Positions 11,347 to 23,700 of a stretch of DNA of 64,000 nucleotides are shown here, piece by piece (within the stretch, counting starts at the first letter, position 1; each line of letters opens with the position of its first letter). Where the stretch lies: positions 40,238,001-40,302,000 of the forward strand of contig CM060733.1 of assembly GCA_030704615.1 (NCBI GenBank), read 5' to 3'. This DNA is from Takakia lepidozioides. Taxonomy: Eukaryota; Plantae; Bryophyta. The position numbers were made by a program, and so were the translations under genes. The notes beneath the pieces are model-generated. The model was not told the origin of the DNA and searched no databases. It was given only the letters and a program-made list of their open reading frames with translations.

Positions 11347-13146
11347 TTCCAAGAGTAGTGATTCACCACCCTTGGAATAAGTTGTCACTCCTTCATGCTC
11401 CATGTCCCGGAGTTATACTCTTTTTTATTTCAGTTTTAAGTAATTCAGATTAATGACGTTGAATTCCAAGGGCGGTGACTCACCACCCTTGGAATAAATT
11501 GTCACTCCTCCTTGCTGCATAAACCGGAGTTATACTGTTTTCCAATTTATTTTTAAGTAATTCAGATTAATGGCGTTGAATTTGTTAGAATTAAAAAACA
11601 GGGTACTTATTATTTTTCTTATTTCTGGACTGAATTGTGTAGAAAATGAATTCTTTATAGAACTTACTTTCTTAATTACATTTAATCCTACGTCTTCCTC
11701 AAGATGAAGCAACAATAGCAAAAACAAAAAAAACTGATGGATGACGTCTCACAATTTCCCAACTTATTTTTTTGGACATGTGCTCGTCCTAGGGAAATTA
11801 TAAAAAATTATTCATATCAAGAAATTGCAAGATAAGAGCTCACTCTTCAAAACATTACATTAGCATATCTATTCCAACTATATTTTTTAAAGCTATTAAA
11901 GTTAGAATTCATTTTATACTTTCATCATCTTGGATTCGAATTAGAAAATGTAAGCTTCAAGGGCGTAAACTAACAACAAAGCGAGTTAGTTATAAACCAA
12001 ACCTTGATACAATACTATGATCTACCTTAGGATATATGGAACTTGAGAAGGTCTGAACATCACTACATTATTTGCCAAATGTCAAATGTGATACCAGACA
12101 CCTACAGGCTGATGCTACTACTATGAGCCCAACTGAAGGGTAATACAAGACTAACAAATGCCAAAGCCAACAACCTTTACGATGTCAAAAAGTTCACCAC
12201 ATTCCCACAGCACAGTCCGCCAATCCGCACTAAATCAGACAAAAAACCCTGGGGTATCCACTGCATATGTACAATAAATGGATAGAGGGGGAGCTTCGAC
12301 ACCATGCTTCAAGACCCCACACTAATAGAGCTATTATGTTACACTCAAGCGTTAGATGCTCACCAGTCACAGAAACAGTCAGATAGCAAGGTCTTCAGAC
12401 AAGAGTATTTGCTGCTGACGGCACATTTGTCGGTTTGGCTTTGTCATAGGCTAGGGATGTCTCGATAGCAAGCTTGGCAATTAGCACGCCTTCCTCCAGT
12501 GCCCACAACGTGTCGTAGTACGCCGTTGTATTCCTCGCCAGGATGCAACTTCTTGATAGTGCTTTTGTAGGCGTCAATATCGTCACCCATGTCCATGGCA
12601 TGACAGCCTCGCTGCAATGAACAATGAACTTCCAACTATAAAGACAACAGTATCATGATCCCGTCATGACGATAGGTTTACTTGAAGAAGGCAGAAGCTA
12701 TTAGACCTCTTAGCTTTTAGCTTTCGAGCGTAAGGAAAAAAGAACACCTATATCTTTTGAACACACTCGAACCAAAAATTTTCAACGTTGATAAGTCAAG
12801 TGCCGAAGAAATGAGACGATTATAATCTGACAGAATCGCCATAACAATGACAAACAAGTAATTGTCCATACTCCTTCCTCTTCATATCACATATATCTAT
12901 TTTTTAGTCATGCAAACATTCAATGAATACTCGTATGCTATAACCATATATTATAAATATTGATGTATATTTCTGATGAATACGTCTACGCGTCACATAT
13001 TTGGCTTGGTTGGAATGAATCACAACTATTGTGCATCTACATAATCTGCATCTAGGATCATTTTTATCGATTAACCACCAATTTTTCTTTTATAGCATTT
13101 CATCGTGGTCATGGCACTGCCATTTTATATGACACTTAATAAATTT

Positions 13147-13148
<2 letters not shown>

Positions 13149-13185
<37 letters not shown>

Positions 13186-14850
13186 GTTGGCCAAAACACT
13201 AGGAACCGTTCATAAATATGTCAATAAAAGAAAAAAATCCATACAAAAATTAGGAGCAAAAAATCCCACCTCCCATCCTCCCCCTAGCTTTTTTATTTTT
13301 TTATTTTTTTAAGAGAACAAGGGATTGGAGCCCTGGGGAACATTATTAAATAAAAACTGAGGAAAATATAACCTCAGGAAACAACCATGGAGGATGAAAA
13401 ATGAGTCATTACCCCGTAACCATAAACTCGAGATGCTGCAGGAAGCTAAGGAAAAAGGTTCCTAAGCAGCAGAGAGACTACAGAGGAGAATCATTTCTAC
13501 GCCTTAAGAGTCTAAGGAGAGGTGGGCTTTCGATTTGCCCTTCCTTGAAGACGCCAGTTGACGTCAGACTCCTCTTGCTCCAGAGACGAGACTGTTGCGC
13601 ACTAGTCGAGCTCCCAATGGCGGGAGGCTGTCATACTAGACAACCGATTATTCGGATTTTCTTGTGCACATGTAGTGGGCTTTCCCCAGGTGGTATAAAA
13701 TTTAGAGAATAGCTGCAATCGCCTTCTTTGCGAACCTCTAGCAGCAGCTGCACCCAAGACCCTCCAAGCCTTACGAGCCTCAGACTTATTGACGAACTCT
13801 GTACAACAGAAGTTTTACGCAAGGCTGCACTCCACCCAAAACCAGTGAACCCCTACTTTTCCATATGTGCCAAAGAGAAAGAGCTCAGCCCTTGAAACTT
13901 GGCAGTTGCTCCAAAGGGCCCCTTCATGCAAATTGAGCAGTAACTTGGGCAAATCTAAAGACGCCCTGTGATCCCAGGCCTGATAGACCCTGCAGATGCG
14001 GATACAGACAAAAAAGCAGCCAGGGGCCATTGGACGAGGCAATGCTCCAGAGTCCTCTTTTCATTTTCCTAAATGAACTAAAATAAACATGTAAGCCTCC
14101 AATGACTCATTTATAATTTCTCACTGATGTGGGCGGTATGAATGTATTATAACTGACATTGTTTTAGGCTTGTGAATTGACACCAACTGCCTTTAGATCT
14201 ACAAGAGCAGAAGCCAATGCTCTATGAGCAATCCTCAGCTTCTGCTCTTCATTTGTATAACGTTTTGCGTGCTTTATCAGACAATTCTGATTCATAAAGC
14301 TCTCACCGCAAAGAACACACTTTAGATGTGTCCCACTGGAGTACAAAGCTCGAAAGTCCAAACTACCCAAGAGTCCAATGAAAAAATTCCTCTTCAATTG
14401 CACAGTAATTTTTTCTTTCAATCTAGCACTCATGCCTTGGGTGAAATCTGGCAAGTCGTCAAAGTTTTTTTGCATCCAATGTGCTGTATAGAAGATAGCA
14501 TTTCTCTCACTCTGAGCCTCTTCTTCTGAGAGTTGAGGAGGATGCTTCCTTGGATCTTTAACCCCTTTGCGACGATGTTTTCTCGGCATAGCTCCAAGCT
14601 TAAGATTCTTAGTCCTTGGGCTCCGACCATCCACTGAAAATCAGAAGTCACTTTGAACAGTCACCCACCTGCAGGAACGGTTGCTACATGGCTCATCAGT
14701 TGTGTCCTTTGGTACCTAGATTCACATCAACCAATCAGACTTGCATAATCTAAAAATATATCCAGTCTACAGCACAAAATAGAAACATGCAGTCTATATG
14801 TAGTGCTTCGACATAGCTTTAACGGACATGCACACAGTCTGGTCTTTCCG
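13149..14850 (-). mobile_element. ~1.7 kb insertion ending in a 36-nt poly(A) on the - strand, containing a C2H2-like ORF (14164-14634)
   Basis: T36 at 13149-13184; the paralogous site at ~31095-31120 is contiguous; ORF contains CVLC-x12-HAKRY. Confidence 0.5.
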
Positions 14851-14989
14851 ATAAATCGAATATTCTCTCACAACATGAATCACACACATATGACGACACC
14901 GAATTCATTTCCGCAACTTTCAATTTGAATTCATGAAGAACATTGAATATAATTACAATTTATAAACCTCCCAAAATATCATTATAAAT

Positions 14990-15285
14990 ATTTTTATTAC
15001 ATATGGAGAATATGTACAATAAAATACCGTACTGCTGCCCAACCATATTTATTGAGGATTTTAATCTTGATATGTTACTTCAAGACTAAATGAAACTCGT
15101 AAAATTCAAATAATGTGCAATGAGAGTACCACATAGTATGATTCTCAACTTGACCATAAATGCGCCACTCCAGCCATGCAAATCCGGACGACTAAAGCAT
15201 ATTGGACCGATCACAAACTAGTTTAATGTGCTTTAAAACTTTCCAACCATGTTAGTCATTTTATTCATCCAATAAAGGATTAATT
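14990..15285 (+). pseudogene. Degenerate AP-like endonuclease tail (paralog of 30659-30976)
   Basis: Reverse-complement match to 30659-30976; reads YWTDHK. Confidence 0.55.
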
Positions 15286-16180
15286 CGCTCCAACATTATA
15301 GCTATCCCTTTTTTACCATAAAAATAAGTAGTACATGTGTCATCACCAACAATAAAAGAATCAAATATCCTTTCCTCACTCTTTTCATAAAATGTTTCTC
15401 CTGTATATTAACATTGACATAGAGTTATAGAAAAATAATCATAAATAACATAATCATTATTAATAACGATATTCCATCATTCAATGTTACAAATCTTATT
15501 GCTTAAACCAGTCAGATGTAATAGATAGATTGTAAAATTTATGTTTTATCTATGTAAATGGCCTGGCTAAGGGTATGTCACACCTTGTTATATTACTCAA
15601 AAGCTATTCATAAATATTTTATGATTATTGTTAAATTACTTTGGATCAACTTGGCTGGGTCAAGTTGCGGTCTTTAACCATAGAGAAGGAAAATGTCTTG
15701 TCTCACATGTCTGATTTGTGAGGTGTCGCTCCCAAGCGTTTTCCTTAAGAAAAAGACAAAAAAAAAGAGAAAAGCGAGTGCATGTGTGTAACTAAGAGTC
15801 ATTTCACCCTACGGCTGCTCTTGTGGGGGTAGGACGACCTAAGATAAGTTTCTTTAACGTCCAGTGAATTTACAGAGCCTAAAGAAAAAGGGAACATTAG
15901 TCATATAGAAAGAGAAGGTGCCTCCATAACTAAGAGCAGCTTCACCTTTTGACTACTTCCCCTTTAGAGTTGGGCCCTAAACCAGCAAGTACATTTTTAG
16001 TCATATATGATTGTAATAATACTAGTTCGGATCAACTTGGCTGGTTGTTCCGTTGTGAATGTGCGTTTAAAAAGAAAGAATTACTTCATTAATAAGATAG
16101 ATTAAAATACAAAAACTACTTTAAAAATACTAATATTGACCATAAAATCATCTCATAAATATTACATAATGGGTTTCAAC

Positions 16181-16959
16181 TAGTGTTGGCCGGTTATAAG
16201 AATTTTACATAGCCGCCGGTTAAGGTTACTTCAATATTTTTGGTACGGACACACTCCATGGTTATATATAAGGATAATTTTTTTTATTTAGTATATCCAC
16301 TGGTTATCTATTTTACAAAAAAATTCTTCAAATTTAGATGGTTATGAATAGGACGGTTAGAGGTGTCCTAAAATTGACGGATACATATGCAATTGGCTTT
16401 TACATATAATATATTGAATGGACGCTTATATTTCTCAATGATTTTCTTTAAAAATAATCAATTCACGTATGACATCCCTAGGGGCTCCAAGGTGCAGTAG
16501 CTTGGTCATGAGCTATGTCACAAGGAAACCCTCCGTCACCACCTCAGTGGCAAAGAGCCTGTAACTCTGAACCATTTTGCTATCAGCACAACTGGTCTTC
16601 CTACATCATCCATGTGCTCAAAAGATCCAATCATCATATTCATGCTCTAGATGCTGATGTAGCTTGCTGATTCATTGAATGCCTTCAATGGAGAGATGGC
16701 GCTAAGAATGCAGCTGCTTCGTTGTGTGAGCAGGAACGTGTCTTATACATAAGTGTAACCGCTCTAGGGGGGCAAAACGCCTTACTAATCCGGGTATACA
16801 GTGTAGTGCTAAAATTAATATAGGGTACATATACATATACATACTCACCTCCCAACCTTCGATAATGTGCTCTATTTTGCAAAAATCCCCTGTATGCGGT
16901 TATGTATACCGACTAACCGGGTGGTAACCCGCCTCACTAACCGGGGTATAGCAACAGTG
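16181..16959. mobile_element. Non-autonomous hAT element
   Basis: 8-bp TSD GTTTCAAC at 16173-16180 and 16960-16967; termini TAGTGTTG / CAACAGTG; subterminal CCGGTTA/TAACCG motifs; absent from the paralogous copy, which carries a footprint. Confidence 0.8.
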
Positions 16960-17786
16960 GTTTCAACATGTATTTGTCGGGGAGCAATGTCTCCCTTATC
17001 AGCCTTCATGACTTCCGCAAGGTTAATTTCTCTTTGCTTTACTAAAGTCTTAAGGCCATTTTTACTCAATTTAAAAAATTGAACGAAAAAAATAACCCGT
17101 TTATAAATAAGTCATGAAGCCTATGAAGGGATACCACCTTTTGTCTGATCTCTCAGAGGCCTTGTTAGGGACCTTTAAGTTTAAGGGCCTTATCTGTGAG
17201 TTTTTTTTGTTCTTTTCTTTTTAGAGAAAGGGAGTGGACCTGTAAGTTTCTTCCTTTACTAAAGTTTAAACAGACGTTTGTCCCGTTCTTAAAAAAAAGA
17301 GAGTAAATAAATAAATAAATAATCCTTTAATTTCGAGAAAACTTGGTTAGATGCTACCCAGTTGATTGTGGGCTCAAATCTGGATAACCACGGAAGTAGT
17401 GTGGTAAAGCTAAAAGTGTTTGAGAGGTGGTCTGTAAATGGGATGCTGCCTAAATGCGGCCGTCTCTCGCGTGTGCCTACTTATCTCGCTCGTCCATTTC
17501 CTCCTCCCATCGCCTTTTCAATCTGCTCTGCTCCTCCTCCATCTCTTCTCTACATGTCTTGCTCGTGAAACGTTGGCTGGGAATTTCAGTGGAGCTTCTG
17601 AATCTCTGGCTCTCTCCCTCTCAAGTCGTCATTCTGGAGTGAGACAGCTGGGCTCCTTTCTTTTCTTACCTGCCTGTGCTGGGTACGAGTGAATCAAGGT
17701 AAGAGTGCAACATTGAAATTGATTGCATTTCCAGAGATTGGGAACGAGCATTAGTGATTTGATGTGAGGATTTCTGTCTTGCTCGG

Positions 17787-20700
17787 ATGATGGCCCAGAT
17801 GGAGGAGGAAGTGCCAATTTACTCCTCGCTGGCGGATGTGTACGAGGACGGTGCTCTCTTGGAGGAAGCGCGCGTCAGGTACCAGAATTTGAAGGCAAGA
17901 TTTGTTAACTTGTATGGCCGAGAACCAGAGCTGTTCGCACGCGCGCCAGGTTTGATTTTCCTGCATGAATTTCACCAGGCTCCATTTGCCATGGCAACTT
18001 TGATGATTGTGTGTCGAGTTTCTGTAGTTTTCTCCGAGACTTGAAAGCAATGATGGGATTGCAGGCAATAAGTGCAGCCAATTGGCTGTCCCAATCCTTC
18101 TAATTTTCCAGTATGATTTGATCTGGGCTTAACCAGATTTTCAAGAGAATTTTGGCTTTGGCTGAAATGCATTTGAACCTGTCAAATTCCAGGTCTCGTT
18201 GTAAACTTTATGTTTCTTGGAGGGTTTGCATTAAACGATGAAGCATTGGGAAGATCGGAACGAGTAGGTGGATACACGCTTGGTTGGGTATAGATGAAAT
18301 ATTATATAACATTCACTCAGTACAGTGTAACACAGTCTTCTGTTGTTCATGATAGTCGGATGTCTACCAAAATCCCGATTTCTTCTCAGGTATATGCATA
18401 TTGAAATGCACTATCCTCGTTTCTTCTGGGTTCAACCATGCTCATGGCTCTGGTGATGTTTCTAGTACATCCCCCATTGATATACCATTAATTTCAAACA
18501 AGCTATACTACACCTCAATCCCCCAGGCAGATCGCCGCACCTGTACCACAGTTGCTGAACTGGAAGAAAGGATTTAGATCACACAGTAGAGGTTTACTTG
18601 TGACAAATTAATATGAGGGACTGATTTTTCTGCTGGCTGCAGTCTTATACTTGAAATTGTCGCATTGCCATACGGCTGAGGCTGTACCTCAGTGGAAATT
18701 GACCCCAAAGATACAAACATGACAATGTTCGTATGATCCATGATAGCTCTCTCACAGCTGACACATGCCATTTGTAAGATCCAGCTTTACTGTGTTTGGT
18801 GGAGGTATCAATCAACTGACTGCTGTAGAACCAAAGCATAAAGCAAACACCAAACAGGGAAATGCCTCACACTCTTCCTCTCTGAGAGAAAGGATTGGCA
18901 ATGCAAAGCTGGAATAGTCGGCAGATTATGAAAAGCATGTTTGCAGTGACTCCTGGGTTCAGGGTTTAGGAGGAAGATGCTCCATAGTCTTGCAAATTTT
19001 GGAAAGAAGCAGGCATTGGTGCAACGAAACTGTCCAGTGAACAATGTCCCTTTCTAATGGGTGTTGTCTAGTGTGAGAGTGTTCTGCCCCCTCCAAGAAA
19101 TGCTTTGGATCAAAAGAGAGGGAAAGCTGAAGGTTGCATGCTACATTTGGGAGGTTTCTTACTCATAGATGAACGTCACTTTTGTGTTTTTGGTGTGTAG
19201 GGCGTGTAAATTTGATAGGGGAGCACATTGACTACGAAGGCTACTCTGTGCTACCGATGGCCATTCGTCAAGATACAGTTGTCGCCATAGGAAAACGCCA
19301 TTCCCACGAAACATCTCCACTTCTGCACATAGCAAACATGGATCCATCGGAGTTCAAAGCTTGCACTTTTCCAGCAGACCCATCCCAGGTTTAGACTGTT
19401 CCCTCTTATTTTACGCAGTCTATGGCTGTTTGATGCCACTTCATGGAGAAATGTTAAAAACTGGTTAAGTAGGGGAATGTGTGGAAAGAGGGGGTGGGGA
19501 GGAGAGAACTTCTAGAGAATGTGAGAGAGAAACAAAAGTAAAAGACGAGACATCCACTAGAAGCCACAGAGAACATTGCCCAAACACCACTTCTGGTGCC
19601 CAAAGCTGAAGGCATCAGCCAAAGATGAATCTCTAAAAGGACAATCATATCTGTCTTGGATCTCATTCTAGCCCGAGGGGGGCTTTTATTCCATCGCCTT
19701 GTGTCAATCCATGAGATGTGAGAACTGACTCGTGAGGGATGTGGAGAACTAATAGAGAGCCAGCTAATGTGACATAATCTGCTGGTTATGTGTTACAGGA
19801 AGTGGACCAGGAAAACAATCTGTGGGCTAACTATTTCATCTGCGGGTGTGCCGTTGCAGACTTCCACCATTATCTTTTCACCAGGCGCTATATCACAGAA
19901 ATAGTAACTTAGCAGTATGTTGATGCTGTTTGTTATCTTGACATTTTCCAATCTTCTAGACGTGTCTCTATACAAATATGTCGTACTACTGGGGTGCGTA
20001 CATGATTCTTCTCTTTCGCTTTCTTCTATTTGCGCAAGAGGTTCCAAGTTGCCTGTGACTGGCATGGATTCTCTTGGCCTCCTGTGGATGTAATATGGTT
20101 CTCATTCCTCTCCTTATCACCTAGCCAGTCTCTGAGCAGTGTTTTCACAGCTGTTGTAATTCTCCTTTGTCCCTTGGGCCTCCTGTGGATGTAGTACCAA
20201 TCTTAATCTCCTCCATGGACGTTATCAGTTTCTTCGTTCCTTCCTTATAAGTTGATTGCAGATGTATGGGTGTCGTGCCTGGTTATTAGGTTCCTTCATC
20301 TGTCAGTGAGTGTTTTCGTCCCTTGCTCTACTGGATCCCATAGGCCTGAATTTTTTTCTTTCTCTATCCGGTTTTTCCTTTAAAAGAAATGTCCAAAGAT
20401 CCAAAACACAGTGTTCCTTCTAAGGCCATAGTTTGTCCCAAGTGACGTTGTGTTGTCTATATAACAGTCGCTCATTTTTAATGCAGGTATAAAGGAGTGT
20501 TTGAGCATCTAGCGAGCAAAGGAGAAGAGTTTGGGCCACATGTAGGGCTTAATGCAGTGGTTGATGGCACCGTCCCCATTGGTCAGTCCTATCCCTTGTC
20601 CTATAACAGTGAGACTGGCAGTGGAACCATAGTCATAATCTCATATGCCCTAAACGGCTGAGGTCCCAGTAGGCTGTGTGAGGGTGATATCAACAGTTAA

Positions 20701-23700
20701 TGCATGTCACTTTGAAGCTCCTTGTTTCTTTTTTCCTATCTTCGTACTTTTTTTTCTTATGAAGTACGGTTGTTGAAGGAGTACTGAGCTTCCCAGGGAT
20801 GTTGTTCTCTCTTTCTTTTCTTCCTCGCCAGTGAGGTATGTGAATCTAACCGGTCCTGGCTGCTGGCTATGGTGGGCGTCTGCCTCTAGTTATACTTTGG
20901 TTTCTGTGTGCGTTGGGCCCTTTGGGCCTCTGGTGGATGATAAATTTCTTTCTTTCTTTCTTTCTTTCTCCAGATGAGGTGGACATCACGTCCAGACATG
21001 ACCGCAACAGACTCATTAGGAGAGAGCTTATGGAATTACATGTCCAGAGAACTTGGAAGCTACCCAATCTCACAACAAAGCTCCACTTCTATTGAGAGAC
21101 ATTCTTGGTGCTCCGCGACAATAGAATCTTGAGACCAAATTACCTTTCAGCATCCTTATCTCCTTCCCTCCTGAGGGAATTGGGGCGGTTCAGGGTGGGT
21201 TCCCACAACCTACGGATAGAGACTGGCAGATGGGAAAACCTGCAACGGGAGGACCGCCTATGTCCAGCTTGCATAGGGCGCAGCCAGGAAATCGAAACTG
21301 AAGAACACTTCTTCTTCTACTGCCCTCTCTACTACGAGATCTGTGGGAGATTCCACTGTTTATTCAGTGGAACCCAAACTCTCACTGATGTCTTCCACTA
21401 TGAGGATCAAAAATGCTTGGCAGCCTACCTGCACGAGGCCTTCACCCTTCGACATTCGCTAGAACATTAATTGTGGTTTCTGGACTTGTTCCTCTCTCAT
21501 GTTTCCATTTTGTCCCATAAGCTCTATGAGCTTTCCGCGGACGTTATAAAGTACCATTTCATTTCATTTCATTTCTTCGTCCAGGCATAGTTCTTCTTGC
21601 TCTCATCTCCCTGTCTTTTACAGCTTTTTGGTTTTCCCTTCTCTCTCTCTCTCTGTCTTTTGTCTCTCCTGGGTGGTGTCATTTTTCTTCTTTTTACTTG
21701 GGACTGGGGTATGCAGGCGCTGGCTTGTCAAGCTCGGCAGCCATTGTTTGCTCATCTGCAATTGCTGTCATGGCAGCTCTCAATCTGAAGAGTTCTAAGG
21801 TGTTCCCCTCTCTCTCCTGTCTTGCTGCAATATGATCCTGTGACAGGGGTAGGCCTCTCCAGCTCCTCGGCGCTTGTGTGTGTCTCGGTGGTTGCTATTT
21901 GTGCCCTCTTCTCTCTGACCTTTTCCAAGGTATAATGAAAAGCATAAAATACCTGCCCACAAACTTAAGTTTTCCTTAGTTTCTGGTCATGTCCTTTCAA
22001 ATGGAACTTGTGTGGACACAATGTCTGTGTGTCTTTGTTCGTCAATTGCTCCTGGGAACGTAATAAGTTTGTTTTCTGTCTCTTTCCTTCTTTCTTCCTC
22101 ATTTCCCTCTTGGGGCTGTTGGTGGCTCCACATTTCCTTTCTGTTATCCTTTGTGCAGTAATCTCTTTGACCTTCCCATGGACATTTTTAAGTTCCTTTC
22201 TTTCTTATAAAGCACCATTTCATTTCTCTGTCCTGTGCATCAAAGCCAGGGTCGATTTGCTCTGATCACAAGGCCCTCTGTGTTCAAGCAACAATGCAAT
22301 GTTCTCATGTTTTGTTTGTCATGCATTATGGTGGCATAAAGCTCCCTGGGTTTTTTGTGGTGTACGTTATAAAGCTTCATCCTTTCTTCTCTTTACCCTG
22401 GAACCCAGTTTTGGTTTCTTCTTAATTTAATGCTATTGTGAGCAGCAAGAGGTGTCCGAGTTCAGCTGCAGGTGTGAGCGCCACATTGGTACCCAATCAG
22501 GTGGTATGGATCAGGTGAGTTGGTCAGCAATTTAGATACTCATATCAAGTGTTCAATTTTGTATCTCTGCAGGTAGACATTATTTGCTGGGCTCTGAGGT
22601 TGTTTTTCTCTCTTATGTGTTCCCACCCTCAGTTTTGTGAAATGTGTAAAACCTTTTGGAATTTTGTCAAATTTGGGGTTGTAGGCAATTTCTGTGATGG
22701 CCGGGCGTGGTGTCGCCAAGCTGATTGACTTCAATCCCATTCGAGCAAGTGATGTCATATTGCCAAGTGGTGGTACATTTGTGATAGCAAACTCCCTTAC
22801 GACATCAAAGAAAGCTGAAACTGCTGCCACCAATTACAATAACCGGGTGGTTGAATGCCGCTTGGCTGCTGTAAGAGCCTCTCTATGTATGAAGTTTCTG
22901 TCTTCTTGAGCTTTCCGTGTAGGTTATAAAGTACCATTTCATTTCATTTCATTGCATTTCTTCTCTTTTTGTCTCAATTATTGCTTTGGGATGTTTCGCG
23001 GACATCATGAATGCACCTTCGTTTTTCTTCTTCTTTGTCCTCCCTAGCCAGGTACAAGGTCTATTCACAAGGCTCTCTAACCCAGAAACAAATGCGCATC
23101 AGGAGCTCCGTCTCTGATTGACGTTCGAAGACTTTGATTTACTACGACAGTTTACTGTGTCTCATAAACTCTCTGCGTCAACCCCCCCGACCCCCCCAAC
23201 CCCCCCCCCCCCCCATAAGCTCTTCTTTTTGTGATTTCATAATATCTTCCAATCTCAGTTTTGAGTTTGTGATTAACTAGCACCCTCTAATGAACATGCA
23301 ACTGGGGTGTGGCAGATGGTGTTAGCTGTGAAACTAGGGATGCCGTTGCAGGAGGCAATTACTTCTGTCGACACTCTCTCTGATGTTGAAGGCCTTTGCA
23401 TCGCGTATGCTTCCTCACGTGGCTCGTCAAGCCCTCTACTTGCTATCCAGGTTCAAGTCAATGACCTGTATCTGAAGTTCTTTCTTCCTTGTCACTGTCT
23501 AGTTTGTGTCGTCTAAAGATTTAGCCTGGGGGGTGAGGACAGTGTTGTTTATCTGTAGATTATCGGGTTCCAATCAAGTTTGGCAAATGTTACATGTGTT
23601 GCAAAGTGGCTGACCTAGTCATGAGCTGGGCTCTGCCTGGTCAAAATCTGTGCCAGTATTCTGTGTCTCCGAGAACAACAGGGCAATAGAAATGCCCAGG

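Larger units (their letters stand above)
12070..18285 (+). repeat. Left copy of an old ~6 kb inverted duplication (partner ~29204-34905)
   Basis: Collinear reverse-complement matches, e.g. 18037-18285/29204-29429, 17342-17387/29430-29476, 13061-13137/31110-31191, 12070-12555/34415-34905. Confidence 0.85.
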
